A DNA stretch of 64,000 nt from Phoronis australis (taxonomy: Eukaryota; Animalia; Phoronida), in the NCBI GenBank assembly GCA_002633005.1, contig NMRA01000165.1, forward strand, positions 719,766 through 783,765. The letters run 5' to 3'. Position 1 is the first letter of the stretch; each line of letters starts with the position of its first letter. Below the pieces are notes generated by a model. That model was not told the origin of the DNA, did not search any database, and worked only from the letters and a program-made list of their open reading frames with translations. A program made the position numbers and the translations under genes. Positions 12,549 to 24,100 of this stretch are shown piece by piece.

Positions 12549-14021
12549 CACCGTACGCTTTAGGGGGAGGAGGGGTATTTCTTGTCAGCGTACGTTTTTT
12601 GACGACATTGGCGTTATCTAAAGTCAACATTTAATAATTACTTGATAACATGGTAAATCTTGAAGAAAAAATAAAGAACAGAAATGTCGCCAGGACCCAA
12701 CCACCATCTGGAGGATATATGACTATCGCAAGACGTCGCACAAATTGTTTCCCGCAGTGTCACTCCGTTCGGTTGCTCGATTCTGGTTGTGATCTCGACA
12801 TGGCTCAGTTGTCTAAAGGGCCGAGAACAGTTCTCAACAATCCATCTAATGATTCACAACATTTCGTCAATGCACATTGTTATGTCATTGCACGGGCAGA
12901 GACACCGCTCGGTTCTTGTCAAAAACGCGCAGTAAATATAGCTTTCTGAAAGTAGAAAGTCTAGAAAATTTTATTTTTTGTCTTTTTTCCAATCTGCTAT
13001 TAATTGCATCACGAGAACATTTGTTTTTATTAAAATTAAGTAAAAATGAAAGATATACTGATAGCAAAACTATGGTATTAATAACATGATCAAACTTTAT
13101 TTGACGTAACTGCTCAGATTGAGATATCTAAGGCACTGTCAGAGTTTTCTAAAATATCATTTCTTTTTTGTTTTGTACAACTTGAAAGACTTAGCCATGA
13201 AAATCATAAAAGTCCTATTTTTGATAGCCCCTCATGTAAAAGTGGACCACTTGAAAAACAATGCATGGCAGTGACTTTGAGATCAGGGCATAAAGCGTAG
13301 TGTCTGGCAGTTTCACACGATTCCGATAAGGCGTTTTTGAGATATGATGTTCCGAAATCAGCTGGCAAATTTGACCATTTTATAAATATTTGAAATGAAG
13401 ACTTTGAGCACCACTTTCGTTTAATTAGTTCCTCTGTGCTCAGATTAACGTGAGGGATTGGGTACACTCTAGTTCGCAATGCTACGTATAGTTGGCGCTA
13501 TATCAGAGGGTAGGGATAAGTTTCAGAGAGAATGTTCGGTGACTACACTCCATTTGTAATAGAACATGCGGTTACGATGGTTCATCTTTGCATGCATTTT
13601 AATAACAATTGCCGTTTCATGAATTTACCTGCATGGAGGTCACTTCATGTTTACTTTCAACGTTTGAGAGTTTCACATCCAAACACTGCAGGGCTCTTTT
13701 AGTTTCTGTTACTTCATGTTCAATAGTTCTCCAGTATGGATTTTGTCTCAACAAGAAGTTAATTCATCCCGCATTTCTTCGCCAAAATGTCAGCCACGCT
13801 TGCTGGCCGGTTTCAGCTTCAGAATATGAAAAGATATTTTAAACTTGTTCCAAACTTAAGAGAACCGACGAGAAATCCTGGCAAAGTAGTATTTTGTTTG
13901 AAATATTAAAATGTTCTAGTTATAATTAATGAACAAAACAGGGTTTAGTAACTTTCGAATGTACAGTTCGACGTGCCAACCCTGCTGGGTAGAACACAAA
14001 CTAGCACATGCACCGCCAAAA

Positions 14022-16022
14022 TTACTTGTCATTGTATCCGGTGGCTGAAAGGCCATCATGAAATAGTTCTTCCAGTGGGGTCCAAAATGGCTTGCCATTA
14101 CCTTCCCCACCGTCACAGGGCAGAGGTCCTTCCCAATCACACGGCTCCATGATCGGCATCATTGTTTTCCACCATCGCTGCACTTCCGGATCCGCCGCCA
14201 TCAATGACGCGTCCTTGTCAATATCCGTTCCTGAAGATATCCCGACAATTGTACTTCAGTAACCTAGATAGTTGAACACTGACGTAACTTCTGTCGCTCA
14301 GTTTCTTCTTGACTATTCATTGTTAGACTTTCATGTAAGAAAAGCTCTGACTATAAACTTTGCAAACGTTATATTTTAAGGGAAAATAAAAAATTACGAC
14401 AAATGTCTGTTTCAGTACTTTTTAGTTTCTCTCACAAAAGAATATCAAAACAAGGATGGCGCTATTTATCATTTATCCTATGATGTCATTCATACATCGA
14501 GTCACGGACTGTTTTTTATGCCTCCTTTGACTTTAGATCGCCATGGCGTATAAATTTGCATTCAAGTTATACGGCCTCCAAGCGAACAATACACATACCT
14601 ACGTATTCCATGTGTGAGAAGAGAAGGTTGTGTATCTTGTCGTAATAAATGGTGAAGTTGCGCCAATTGCATTTTCGGAGCGACTCCAAGACCTAAAAAG
14701 TGTAAACTACAACAAAAGCAGACCACGAAATCATTCTAACCGCGGCATCAAGATTGTTATTCTGATCTCAAACAAACAACATTAAAGCTGCCATGATAAA
14801 CTTCCTCATTTTCGTCAAAGAAACCTTTCCTTTATATCTCTTCTCATTATTGAACCAGTCTCAATTGTTCTTTGCAATTTCGGCACCTTGTTCTCCCGTA
14901 AAAAGATTTTCTAAAAGCCAGTGTCAAGCCTGCAGCATGGTCTCAAGAATTAACTTTTCACGGTTCTGAGTCCAAGTCCAGAAATTACCTCTGATTGAGG
15001 GACAAGATGACCAGGCCAATTTCATAATTCCGTAAACTCCGGTGCTCAAAATGAAACGTTGAGTTATTTTACGGAAGGCGGCTTCATAGCTACTAAAATC
15101 ATGTGTTGTCATTGTTCAGTTAAAATGCACGCAGACATCAGTGGAGCGTTTTAAACAATCGGGGCAGATACGCTCGCCAATAAGTTTTGTGCAGCGAGCA
15201 TGGTCTCAACTAAACTTTCAAACCCCAAAAACTACTTCTCATCTGAGCACGGGACAAAGTTCATGCCATGCCGTCTCGCTACAAGCAAGATTGTAGCCTA
15301 GGCGAGGTATCTTACCTTATCAAAGTAGCAAGTCAAGCCAATTCATAAAAACATGCAACTGAGTTACCGGCTGATTAAGCATGTAAACCTTTGTGCGCCC
15401 TCCTGCATTTCAGTGCTCCGACTGTTAAACTGGGCCCGGTCTCTAATCTTTGTACTCAAAACGAACTCGAAACTATTTTTGGCAATTTCTCTGCTCCTTT
15501 TGTGCGAACTTAAGATAATTGGTTATCAGACTGTGCTCGAATACATTATAGTTTATGCATAGGAGTTTCTAGTTCAAGTTTGCCCTTGAAGACCCTTATA
15601 TTCGTGCTACAAACTCGAGTAAAAACTCGAAACTTCGAGTTCAAACTCGAACTTATTGCTTTAATATTGGGTTTACAAACTGTGAACTAAGGGCAATAAA
15701 TAATCTCCGTAAGTTATTGTGTACTCGAGCATAGAATAATAGACACTTATCTTGAGTTCGCCCAAAAGTAGCGTAAAAAATGCCAAACCTAATTTCGAGT
15801 TCCATTTCGAGTAAAAAGATTGGAGACCGGGCCCTGGCCTAACTGGATTACAGCTACACTGCTAATGAAGTTGACCTATAGGCCATTTTGTGCAACTATC
15901 TTGCGGCTGTCACGCATACTTACACCAGGCCATACGGACTCGTGATATTTTTTATACATTTCGTAATTTTCTGGCGTCAAGCCACAAACGGAGCCATAAC
16001 GTTTACCCGGAACTTGGGCCAT
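14022..16022 (-). CDS. rhaM: L-rhamnose mutarotase (RhaM/YiiL/DUF718 family) homolog, 133 aa, three exons
   Basis: Exons 16022-15924, 14692-14599 and 14230-14022 have canonical GT-AG sites and translate to MAQVPGKRYGSVCGLTPENYEMYKKYHESVWPG|VLESLRKCNWRNFTIYYDKIHNLLFSHMEYVG|TDIDKDASLMAADPEVQRWWKTMMPIMEP...WTPLEELFHDG...NDK*. The family motifs Y-x3-H-x3-WP, N(F/Y)(T/S)I(Y/F), LF-x-x-x-EY, P-x-x-QRWW and LEE-x-FH are all present. Confidence 0.88.
15433..15833. mobile_element. Near-palindromic (foldback) PIF/Harbinger-type MITE in intron 1 of the rhaM-like gene
   Basis: The ends ggcccggtctc(t/c)aatcttt.tactc.aaa are inverted, and arm homology extends over 100 bp inward. A 3-bp CTG target duplication flanks it (15430-15432, 15834-15836), matching the CWG/TWA TSD of Harbinger elements. 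Confidence 0.85.
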
Positions 16023-18371
16023 AGTTTGTCGACGGTGCAGTAATGGTAGATCGTCCTAATAGACCAGGGTAGAGATCAGTAGCTATCGCGCGGCTAGGAA
16101 ATCTAGCCCAAATCACTTGATCTCATTTGAAATACATTGCAATATCTCGCGTATTCTCGCGAAGTTTTAGTTTTCTAGCGAGGTCATAGCGAAGTCCAGG
16201 CGGACCTCTATTCTGACCTTGTACAGAGATAACGCAGACCTACTCAAGAATAACTGCCCTCTGTTATCGCTTTCGTCTTTTGCCTTCGAGGTATTCTATG
16301 ATTAGGCCAACCCGCACATAGGAAAGTTTCGTGGCATTCGAAGCGAATAATCCTTCAAGACCCAATCTGCTTTTATCTCTTTAGTGAGTTATATGATCAA
16401 ATTTATAAAACGAACTTTAACGCAAAGCAATCTTATCAGTCAATATTTATTCCCAAACGGCATTCTGTGGCCATTTTTATAATAAAATACAATACAATTT
16501 AAGTGGTGCGAAACCCGTGCTTTCTGTGAAAAAGTGGTACGTTCTTATATTAGTGTTCCTTAGACAAAATAGATGTGATTTCTGTGCTTGGAAAGAGGTG
16601 AACTGACTTCGTAACATTTCTTCAAACCAAGCTCAAAATTTAAAATCACCTGAAGATTTCACTAATGATATTTAAGATTGATCTGAATACTGGTAGTTTT
16701 ATAAGACTTTCTAGTCCAGGCATCACTCCTGAAATGAGAATTTAACGAGATAAGAACAATTCCATAACAGCAAGAGGCCAAAATCAATACTTGCTTCCTC
16801 ATGACAGACTAACACGCGGGTTTACTACCGCTTTAAAATATTCATGTTTCGGCGCCGGGCAAGCCCGGTTTCTCAATTATGTTGAAGAACCTAGTAACTT
16901 AGATCGTTTACCGATAGGGAATTGGAAGTGACTTTTGTTCTTCAGAACAGACAGTTTATTATTTTCCGAGATCATCATCTTCGAACTGAATAAAATGACA
17001 CCATGACAAACAGTAAAACCTTTGAGCCGTTACTGTCGTCGTCCAGTGGCCTTGTAGAGTGGTGACCGGGTCTCAAGTCTTTACGAACCGTTCAGTAATG
17101 CCAAAACCCATAAATCCCACTCATTTTGACCAAGGAACAGCTTAAAACCAATTTCATGGCGGCAAGTGAGCTAAATCAAAAGTTGCTTTTATAACTTGTC
17201 CCGGAGTTCGAATAGAGTTGTCTTCCAGAGGAGACCTATTCCACCACCAACCCTAAGGTCATACTAGAAGGACCCCAAAAATGAAGAATTAAAATGAGGT
17301 GGATCGGGTTTGACGTCAGTTTTGGGGACTAAATGGGAAGTGATTGCCACAAATGGCCTTCAGTAGTTTCTTAAAGTTGTTTTGAGTAAACTGAGTGCAG
17401 AAATTTGACTTGCGCTCATGTCTACTGGAATACGGAAGTGCAGCCACACACTGAGACGTTTGTGTCCGCCCAAATGATCGGGGATTTGTGCAACCATACA
17501 CTATAGATAGGGACTGCCAACTCCCGTCAGAATATCTATGGTGCAACGTAACACCTTCCAGCAAATTTTTAATTTTATTAGAAACAACTTTTCAGTTATG
17601 TGCTCAACAGGTAAGAATGGTCCTTTCATCTACTAGAGAAAATTCGACTTTCAAAATTTGGCAACCACCTTCATTACTGATTTTTTTTTCTGTAACATAA
17701 AGTTTAGAGGCAATGGCGAGTAATTTCAATGAGTTCATTGATGACAAAATATGAAATGTTAATTTTGTTTACATTTGAACATCTTGCAATGAAGCAGACC
17801 CTCCGTTTCATACGTAAGTAACCAAACTACTTTTTACCTATTGAATTTTAATCTCAAGCCCTTTTCTACTGTATAAACACTCAAAGCACTGCGTTCAAAA
17901 TACCAAAAGCACAACTAAAACAAAAATAATTCAAAAGACAAGCCAAGAGTTGCGACACATATAAAACATAGCTGTTCATATTCTATGAATGTTTATTTTG
18001 TAGAAATAGCAATTATCATCGCCAGAATAACTTAACAATCAATGTTAAGTTATTACATCATAAATACATTTTTACATCTTGAGACAATGAACAATTAATA
18101 CTTAAGCCTGGTTTTTATCCGTAATACAGCTACGCTTAATTTATAATACTAACCTAACTAAAAAGCTGTGCATCAAACACCGTTAAAAAGATTACATTTA
18201 GCCATCATTAACATCGAAGATGTCTTTGAAAGGGTGTGATAAAAATAGACTACACTTCAAATTCTTAATTATGCAGCAGTTCCATGCATTCTTGAATACA
18301 TAGCCATGAACCATTTACTTGAACTTTTCAACGATAACAGCAGCTAAAAAAGTTATAAATACATATATTAA

Positions 18372-18651
18372 CATGAGCGTGCGCGCACCCAACCTAAATT
18401 ATAGGGGGGCTCGAATTTTTCGGTACGTAGACTTTTACTGGAAAAATCAACGAGGACTAAAAAACGGGACCACTAGGCTTAGGCCTATATACTAAGGATT
18501 TTGCATCCCCCGCCGAATTCCTGTGGACTTTGTGGACTTTTGTCTCGTTTTCTCGGAAATTTTGTTTCTCTGAGGCGGACCTTTTTGTCCACTTCGCCAA
18601 ATGGGGGGCTCCTTCGAGCCCCCCGAGCCCCCCCCCCTGGGTGAGCTCATG
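18372..18651. mobile_element. Second copy of the CATG-ended MITE family (compare 12296-12548)
   Basis: It reads gcgcgcacccaacc...ggggggctcga ... tctgaggcggacctttttgtccacttcgccaaatggggggctccttcgagccc...ctgggtgagctcatg. No clear TSD. Confidence 0.75.
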
Positions 18652-20143
18652 CATTCACTTCGGAGGGGGGGGTCTTTTTTAAATTGAATCGTTCTTGTTT
18701 CATCTTTTTTACTTTTCTTAGAACTTGGGTCTATGCATTCGAGTAGAGAGAGGAGTATCCAATGAAAACTCGCCTCCTCGGGCATCACCAAACCTCTGCA
18801 CGCTACTGCATTTTCGTGATTATCGTTATTATTATTTCGAGAATTAAAAATTTGAAACTGTCAACCACAAAATTCTAACCAAATAGTTAAATTTCTTCTC
18901 TTCAAGTTGCAAATGGGTGAAATTTCGGAACGTTTTAGGATATTGTGTAACAATCCAGACTGAAAGAAATGAAAGAAGAAAAAAACAAACAAACAGAACG
19001 CTAGCGGTTCTTAGGACACAGAGTTCGTGTCGCAACGACTCATGGACTACATTTTAACACTTTTGTTTCCCTACTGAGGATGGACAAGAAAAATGTTATC
19101 CTTCAATCATAAGTTAAACGGTTGACGTACGAAGCCAAGATCAAACACTAGAAATGTCTGGACATTAATTTTGTATCTAAACGACTAGTGCTGAAGGGAT
19201 TGAAAACGCAATTTTGCCGGGAGTTGATCGCAAAAGCAAGGTTCTTTAGTGCTTCGAAAATGTCCCAGTGATGTGGTAGTAAAATAATTTTATGTCAAAT
19301 ATGCAAAATATGCTCTGTCCTGTCTCAATCCAATGAGCTCGTAATATTTAGTAAGAGCCCGCGTATCTGCTGGAATACACAGACGCCGGGTACATTCAAC
19401 GTGGAAGACGCACATGCATTTTACTTTTATTGCAATTTAAAAACTTAGTTCTGCGAATTAAATAGAGGAATACATCTTATAAGTTCTGCTTTATCAGCGC
19501 TTTTGGAAATTCGTCGAGTGGACACAATTAACCACGTCTTTCGATTTAATTCATTTTCCGACTTTTCTGAGACTGTTGTATTGTGACAAAAAATCTCCGA
19601 AAACAAGGCGACTGATGGTTTTGAAGTACAAAGGGCTGTCTTAGTGTTGCGGAACAGCACATGACGAAGTCATCCCGGCGTGTTTTAGTTATAATACCCG
19701 AGTTGGTTAAAAGCCCCTTAATTTGCCGCAAGGTGCTCGACTCCCGAGTGAAACGTAGGTCTCTCTAACCGCCCGAAGCTTGTAGAATAACAGAACACCT
19801 CAGTTTAGAAGGAAATTTCTATACAAGCACAGTTATTACAAGCGATTATGGGTTAAAAAGTACACATGTCATTGGCTATCCACTCACTTTTTAGTGTTGA
19901 CGGATAATTGTTTTCTTGTGCGGCCAGCCGAGCCACAGAAAACTTGTTGCTTGCCATGAATCTGGAGACCGAAGACAACTAGATGTGCGGGACTCCCTGG
20001 TTTAATATGTTGAAGAGGTTTCCGGCAAATGCTGAAAAGCATTCTTTATCGGGTTACCTGATCAGTGCCAGTGCAATTTCTTGGCCCTGCGCAACGTGTA
20101 TCAGACAGCCTAAAATTATTCTTTTTATATATGCTTATAACCG

Positions 20144-20309
20144 CAGGGGCGGATCCAGGATTTTGAGTTAGGGGGGCCAGGACAGAGTATTAGCTGCAGG
20201 ATTTTGCCCGTCTGAGACATTCGCACCCCCGAACTGCCAAATGGAATCTGGGAGAATTTTAGGGAAAGGGGGGCATGGCCATCTTGGCCCCCCTCTAAAT
20301 CCGCCAGTG
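20144..20309 (+). mobile_element. hAT-like MITE (CAGGGGCGGATCCAGGATTTT ... TAAATCCGCCAGTG)
   Basis: It has imperfect TIRs, is homologous to 11653-11783 in the opposite orientation, and is flanked by taaccg/taacca. Confidence 0.8.
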
Positions 20310-20376
20310 TAACCATTGAGCAGTTTTCTAACCTTGAGTTTTTTAAACCCGTATAGTATATTGTGGACAATCAGAA

Positions 20377-20780
20377 GCTGAGGACGCCTGTGGTTTAAAC
20401 TGCCTCAAAGGCGGTTGCCGACCCTCCCCATCGACTACGTCGAAAAGTCGCCCCCGCACACACTCTCCCCACCCCAGTGCTTATCGCCTCTAAAAATCTT
20501 GAGCCTCATCAAACGTGGCCCATCCCCCGGCACACTCTGCCTTTAAACACCCCCATGAGCACGGCGCGCCTCCCATCGCATGCTACCGCCTCTATGAGCC
20601 ACCTCCGTTGCAAGCACGGCGCCAAAAAAGCCTTGAGTGTCATACGGGTGGCCAAATCCCGGCATGTGCTGATGCTAAAGCCACCACCATCACCCCCCGC
20701 ACGCTCCTCCTCAATCCGACAGGCCTTGAGTAGTGGGCTCCCAGCCGGAGCCGTGGACTGAGTATTTGCTTCACTTTTCT
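20377..20780. other. GC-rich, structured-looking element of unknown nature (ncRNA or retroelement terminus) upstream of SGSM3
   Basis: A sharp GC/CpG-rich block in an AT-rich context, with several hairpins and internal short repeats and no convincing ORF. See findings. Confidence 0.3.
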
Positions 20781-21101
20781 CAATAGGTGGCAATAGTTGT
20801 CAAAGCGTAGTAATACCAAAAATTACACTACAACTTGTTCTTGAAATAAATTCCCTTTTAACAAGATTTCAGATTATTTTTAATAAAATACAATGTCTTT
20901 GCGACATGATTTTTTATTTCTTGTGCGTCCTTATCGACATATACAGAATTTCCGAAATGCACCGTTTCTGAGCGAATGAATAATTACCACATTTCGCGGT
21001 TAATCGTCGCTAAACATAAACATGGAGGATGGTACATGTATTATAACATTATGATAATGGGTACCAGTTTTTGATACAAATTGTACTGAATTTGAATCGT
21101 G

Positions 21102-24100
21102 ATGGATGTAATTGCTCGCTCTATGTTTGGTGGAAGATCAACTGAAGGATACAGCTCGAAGGGACATCACGGTAAAGCATACACGCTGTGTTTCTGCACA
21201 CACGTCGCACTCCAGACGGTGACCGTCTCTAACTCAATAGCTGGCCCTTAGGCTAGAGTTTAGACTAGTGCAGTAGGAGCTTCATACGCCGGAAGCTTTT
21301 CGGCGAATTATGCCTTACACTGCTTAAAACAGCAAAGTACCTTGTGCGCATTGAGGGTCACCTGAGGAGGCCGTTGATGTCTTTATTTCCTACCAACTGG
21401 AACAAATAGTGAAATACTCAACTAGGGCTAGGCCTATGGCTATGAGTATGACTATGCAATCTTACTTTTTCTTTGAGCTCGTCTTCGTTCAGTTGCACTT
21501 TTTCTTTGAGCTCGTCTTCGTTCAGTTGCCAGGTTGGATGGCACTAGTCGGATGTAGCGGTCCCACTTTAAACCACCATAACTTCTTTACTTTTTAATCT
21601 AGAATCATGATTTTAGTATCCACGACAATCCACGTGTTCACTAGGCGTATAGAAGTTCATCTGTGGCGTTAATTTTCCCATACCTTCATCCCATGTTTAA
21701 TTAATTGGCTTTGAAGTTCGAGTTCTTTTTCCGACTTTGATGGTTTAATCAGTGCGAGGCATAATTAGCTGAAATGCTTCTGGTATGTAAAGCTCCTATA
21801 TGGATAACTAGAGACGCTAGTCGCTGTCAAGTTACACTCTTGTTATCCATGTTGCCGCACGTCGATGCCCGTGGATGAGGCAGTCGCACTCCTAGGCTGT
21901 ACCACCGTCTCAACTGGCAGTAGACACAGTGGCCATCCCAGAGGCCCTCCACACGCTGGAAGCTTTTCAGCAAATTATGCCATAGGTACCTTTTTACGCA
22001 AAGATAGGCTATTACATCGCCCTGTAATGCCGCAGACATACAGCTTACAGGGTGATGGCCTACCCTAAGAGAAGTTACTCATTTTAAAATACAGTAAATA
22101 AAATCAAATGAAGCTTGCATATATGCACAGTGGGTTATAATCAACACATACTGTGACTATTGAGAGACATAATTTAAACAAATCTATGAAAATCTGTGGT
22201 TTTGCTCGAGCTTCCCTCGCCTGGTGCCATTTTGAGGAAGTTACCAGTTTCTTCCTTTCAGTGCTGAATATCCCTCTCACAGACCCATTTCCTAAAGCAG
22301 TCGCCCTTGGTTGTCACACATTACCTGTACTTGTCTCATAAACAGGCCCTTCCAGTTTCTCCTGAACGATTTCCTCCAACTGTTTAATACATGTAGTATT
22401 TTGAGTCCGTGCTTGGATGTGTGAGTGGCGCCTTTGGTCACCAAACAAAACCTGAGGTCGCATTGGTGACCTGCAATAGACCTTATTCACGCAGTCGCCA
22501 TGTTGCAAAGAGCCTCCATTTAGGTTTTAAAAAAGAATGCATTCTGCGCTTAATCACAGCTCAAAACATGGTTTTTTCGCATGCCGACTGTGAATCAGGT
22601 GCAGCCTGCAGGTTGAAGCCAAATTTTCGGGGTGTAAAGAAGGAAATGCTTCTACAACCTCCCAATATGGAGGGGAAGGTGCAGGCCTTCATGCAGTGTA
22701 GGTCCTGGGCATCCAAATGGACGCCTTAATACTAATCTGGACACCCTGACAAGGAGCCCAATGTATCATTTTCCCAGGGGATTCTCCAAAAAATTGGTAG
22801 AGGTGTTCCGCTGAGACCAACATAATACCTTGGAGGACGACAGAATAACAACTGGAGATAAAATCAAATGATAAAAAACCCTACACGAGACAATATCGAG
22901 ACTAAAATACCTACCGGAGACAATACCAACTTTGCGAATACCTTCCAGTTTCAACACCTCATAAATTTGTTTATTTCGATAGATAAGTTGCGAGAACTGC
23001 TGATTTCTTGTCCTAGGCTCGAGAACATAGTAGCGACACAGCAGAGGTCACCTTCCATGTAGGGAGAATATGTATTCCAGATTTCTACCTAAGACATTAC
23101 CTCAAGCCAAATTACCCACTCAAGACGATACCTGAGAAGGCCAATATATCAATGGAGCACACATCCATGCACTCACTCCCTCTATGGATGAACCCCCCTA
23201 TCCATTGTGTTCTGAATTCCTTGAACCTAGACTGTGTCAAACACTTATTGTTTCTTTTATCCAGGCTCTCCTTTTCACCTTTTCATGATCAGCAATTTCC
23301 TTCAAGGGTTTATAGTTGATGAGAATGATCAACCATGTCTTTCTTTTGTCCCCTTTCAGCTTTTTTCAGTTGTGTCTGAATTGAGGTTTAGATACTTGAT
23401 AGAGTTCATCAGTATATGATCAGCTTGATTACCTCTTGAATTGTGACATTGTGGCCCAGAGTATGGTGTTGTAAGCATATATAACTATGAGACGTGCTTG
23501 GAGAAAGCTTCAACAAGAACGGTTGGATCGCAGCTGGTGGCACCAGGCACGCTTTTACCACCAGTTACTTGACAGTGGGCAGCTATTGGTGGAGGGGATA
23601 GTCACTGGTGTCACTGGTCATAATAACGCAGGTGTGGTTTGCCTCCATGTTCTGAGTTGGGCAACAGATTACTTGACTTCTCTTTGATGAATGTCGTTTG
23701 AGACTTGTCTTGTGTTGGATTCGTGTTCATTTTCAGTTCATGTTGTTGTTCAAAGTGTGTGGTGTAATTTGCCCCCAATCATCTAATCAAAGATATCTTG
23801 CTTTAAATGCAAATGGCTTTGGTTTCTGATGAAAAGGGGCTAGGACTTGGGGCTTTTCATTCAGCTTTTTCATCAGCCCCATTAAACCAACTTGTACCAA
23901 GAAGCGTTTCAGTACCAAGTAGTCTAGATACCACCTCTTTCACAAATACGCCCCCCTCCCCCAAATGATGCCATCTAGATTGCAAAATAACCTGAAGCTG
24001 TCACATGTCTGCTCCCTGTAGTATGGCGCCACTATCAGCGTTCCAAAATTCTCCTTGACTGTCACTAAACGTCTATGCATGACTGGAGAGTATGTAAAAA

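Noticed and set aside
17030-17095. tRNA or tRNA-derived SINE head
   Set aside because: It shows only loose A-box/B-box similarity and no cloverleaf. I found no convincing tRNA or rRNA gene anywhere in the window.
17248-17257. AACCCTAA as a telomerase RNA template
   Set aside because: It is only an 8-nt match, with no visible pseudoknot or H/ACA context, and is expected by chance.
20377-20745. Firm call as RNase MRP/RNase P RNA or as an active hammerhead ribozyme
   Set aside because: The P4/CR-IV/CR-V motifs do not match, and the hammerhead GAAA and stem I are missing. Kept only as an open finding.
21022-21031. ATG GAG GAT G|gtacat as the SGSM3 start exon
   Set aside because: It is phase-compatible but has a weak donor. 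The 21102-21171 exon has a better donor and a longer frame, so this ATG may be an upstream ORF or an alternative start.
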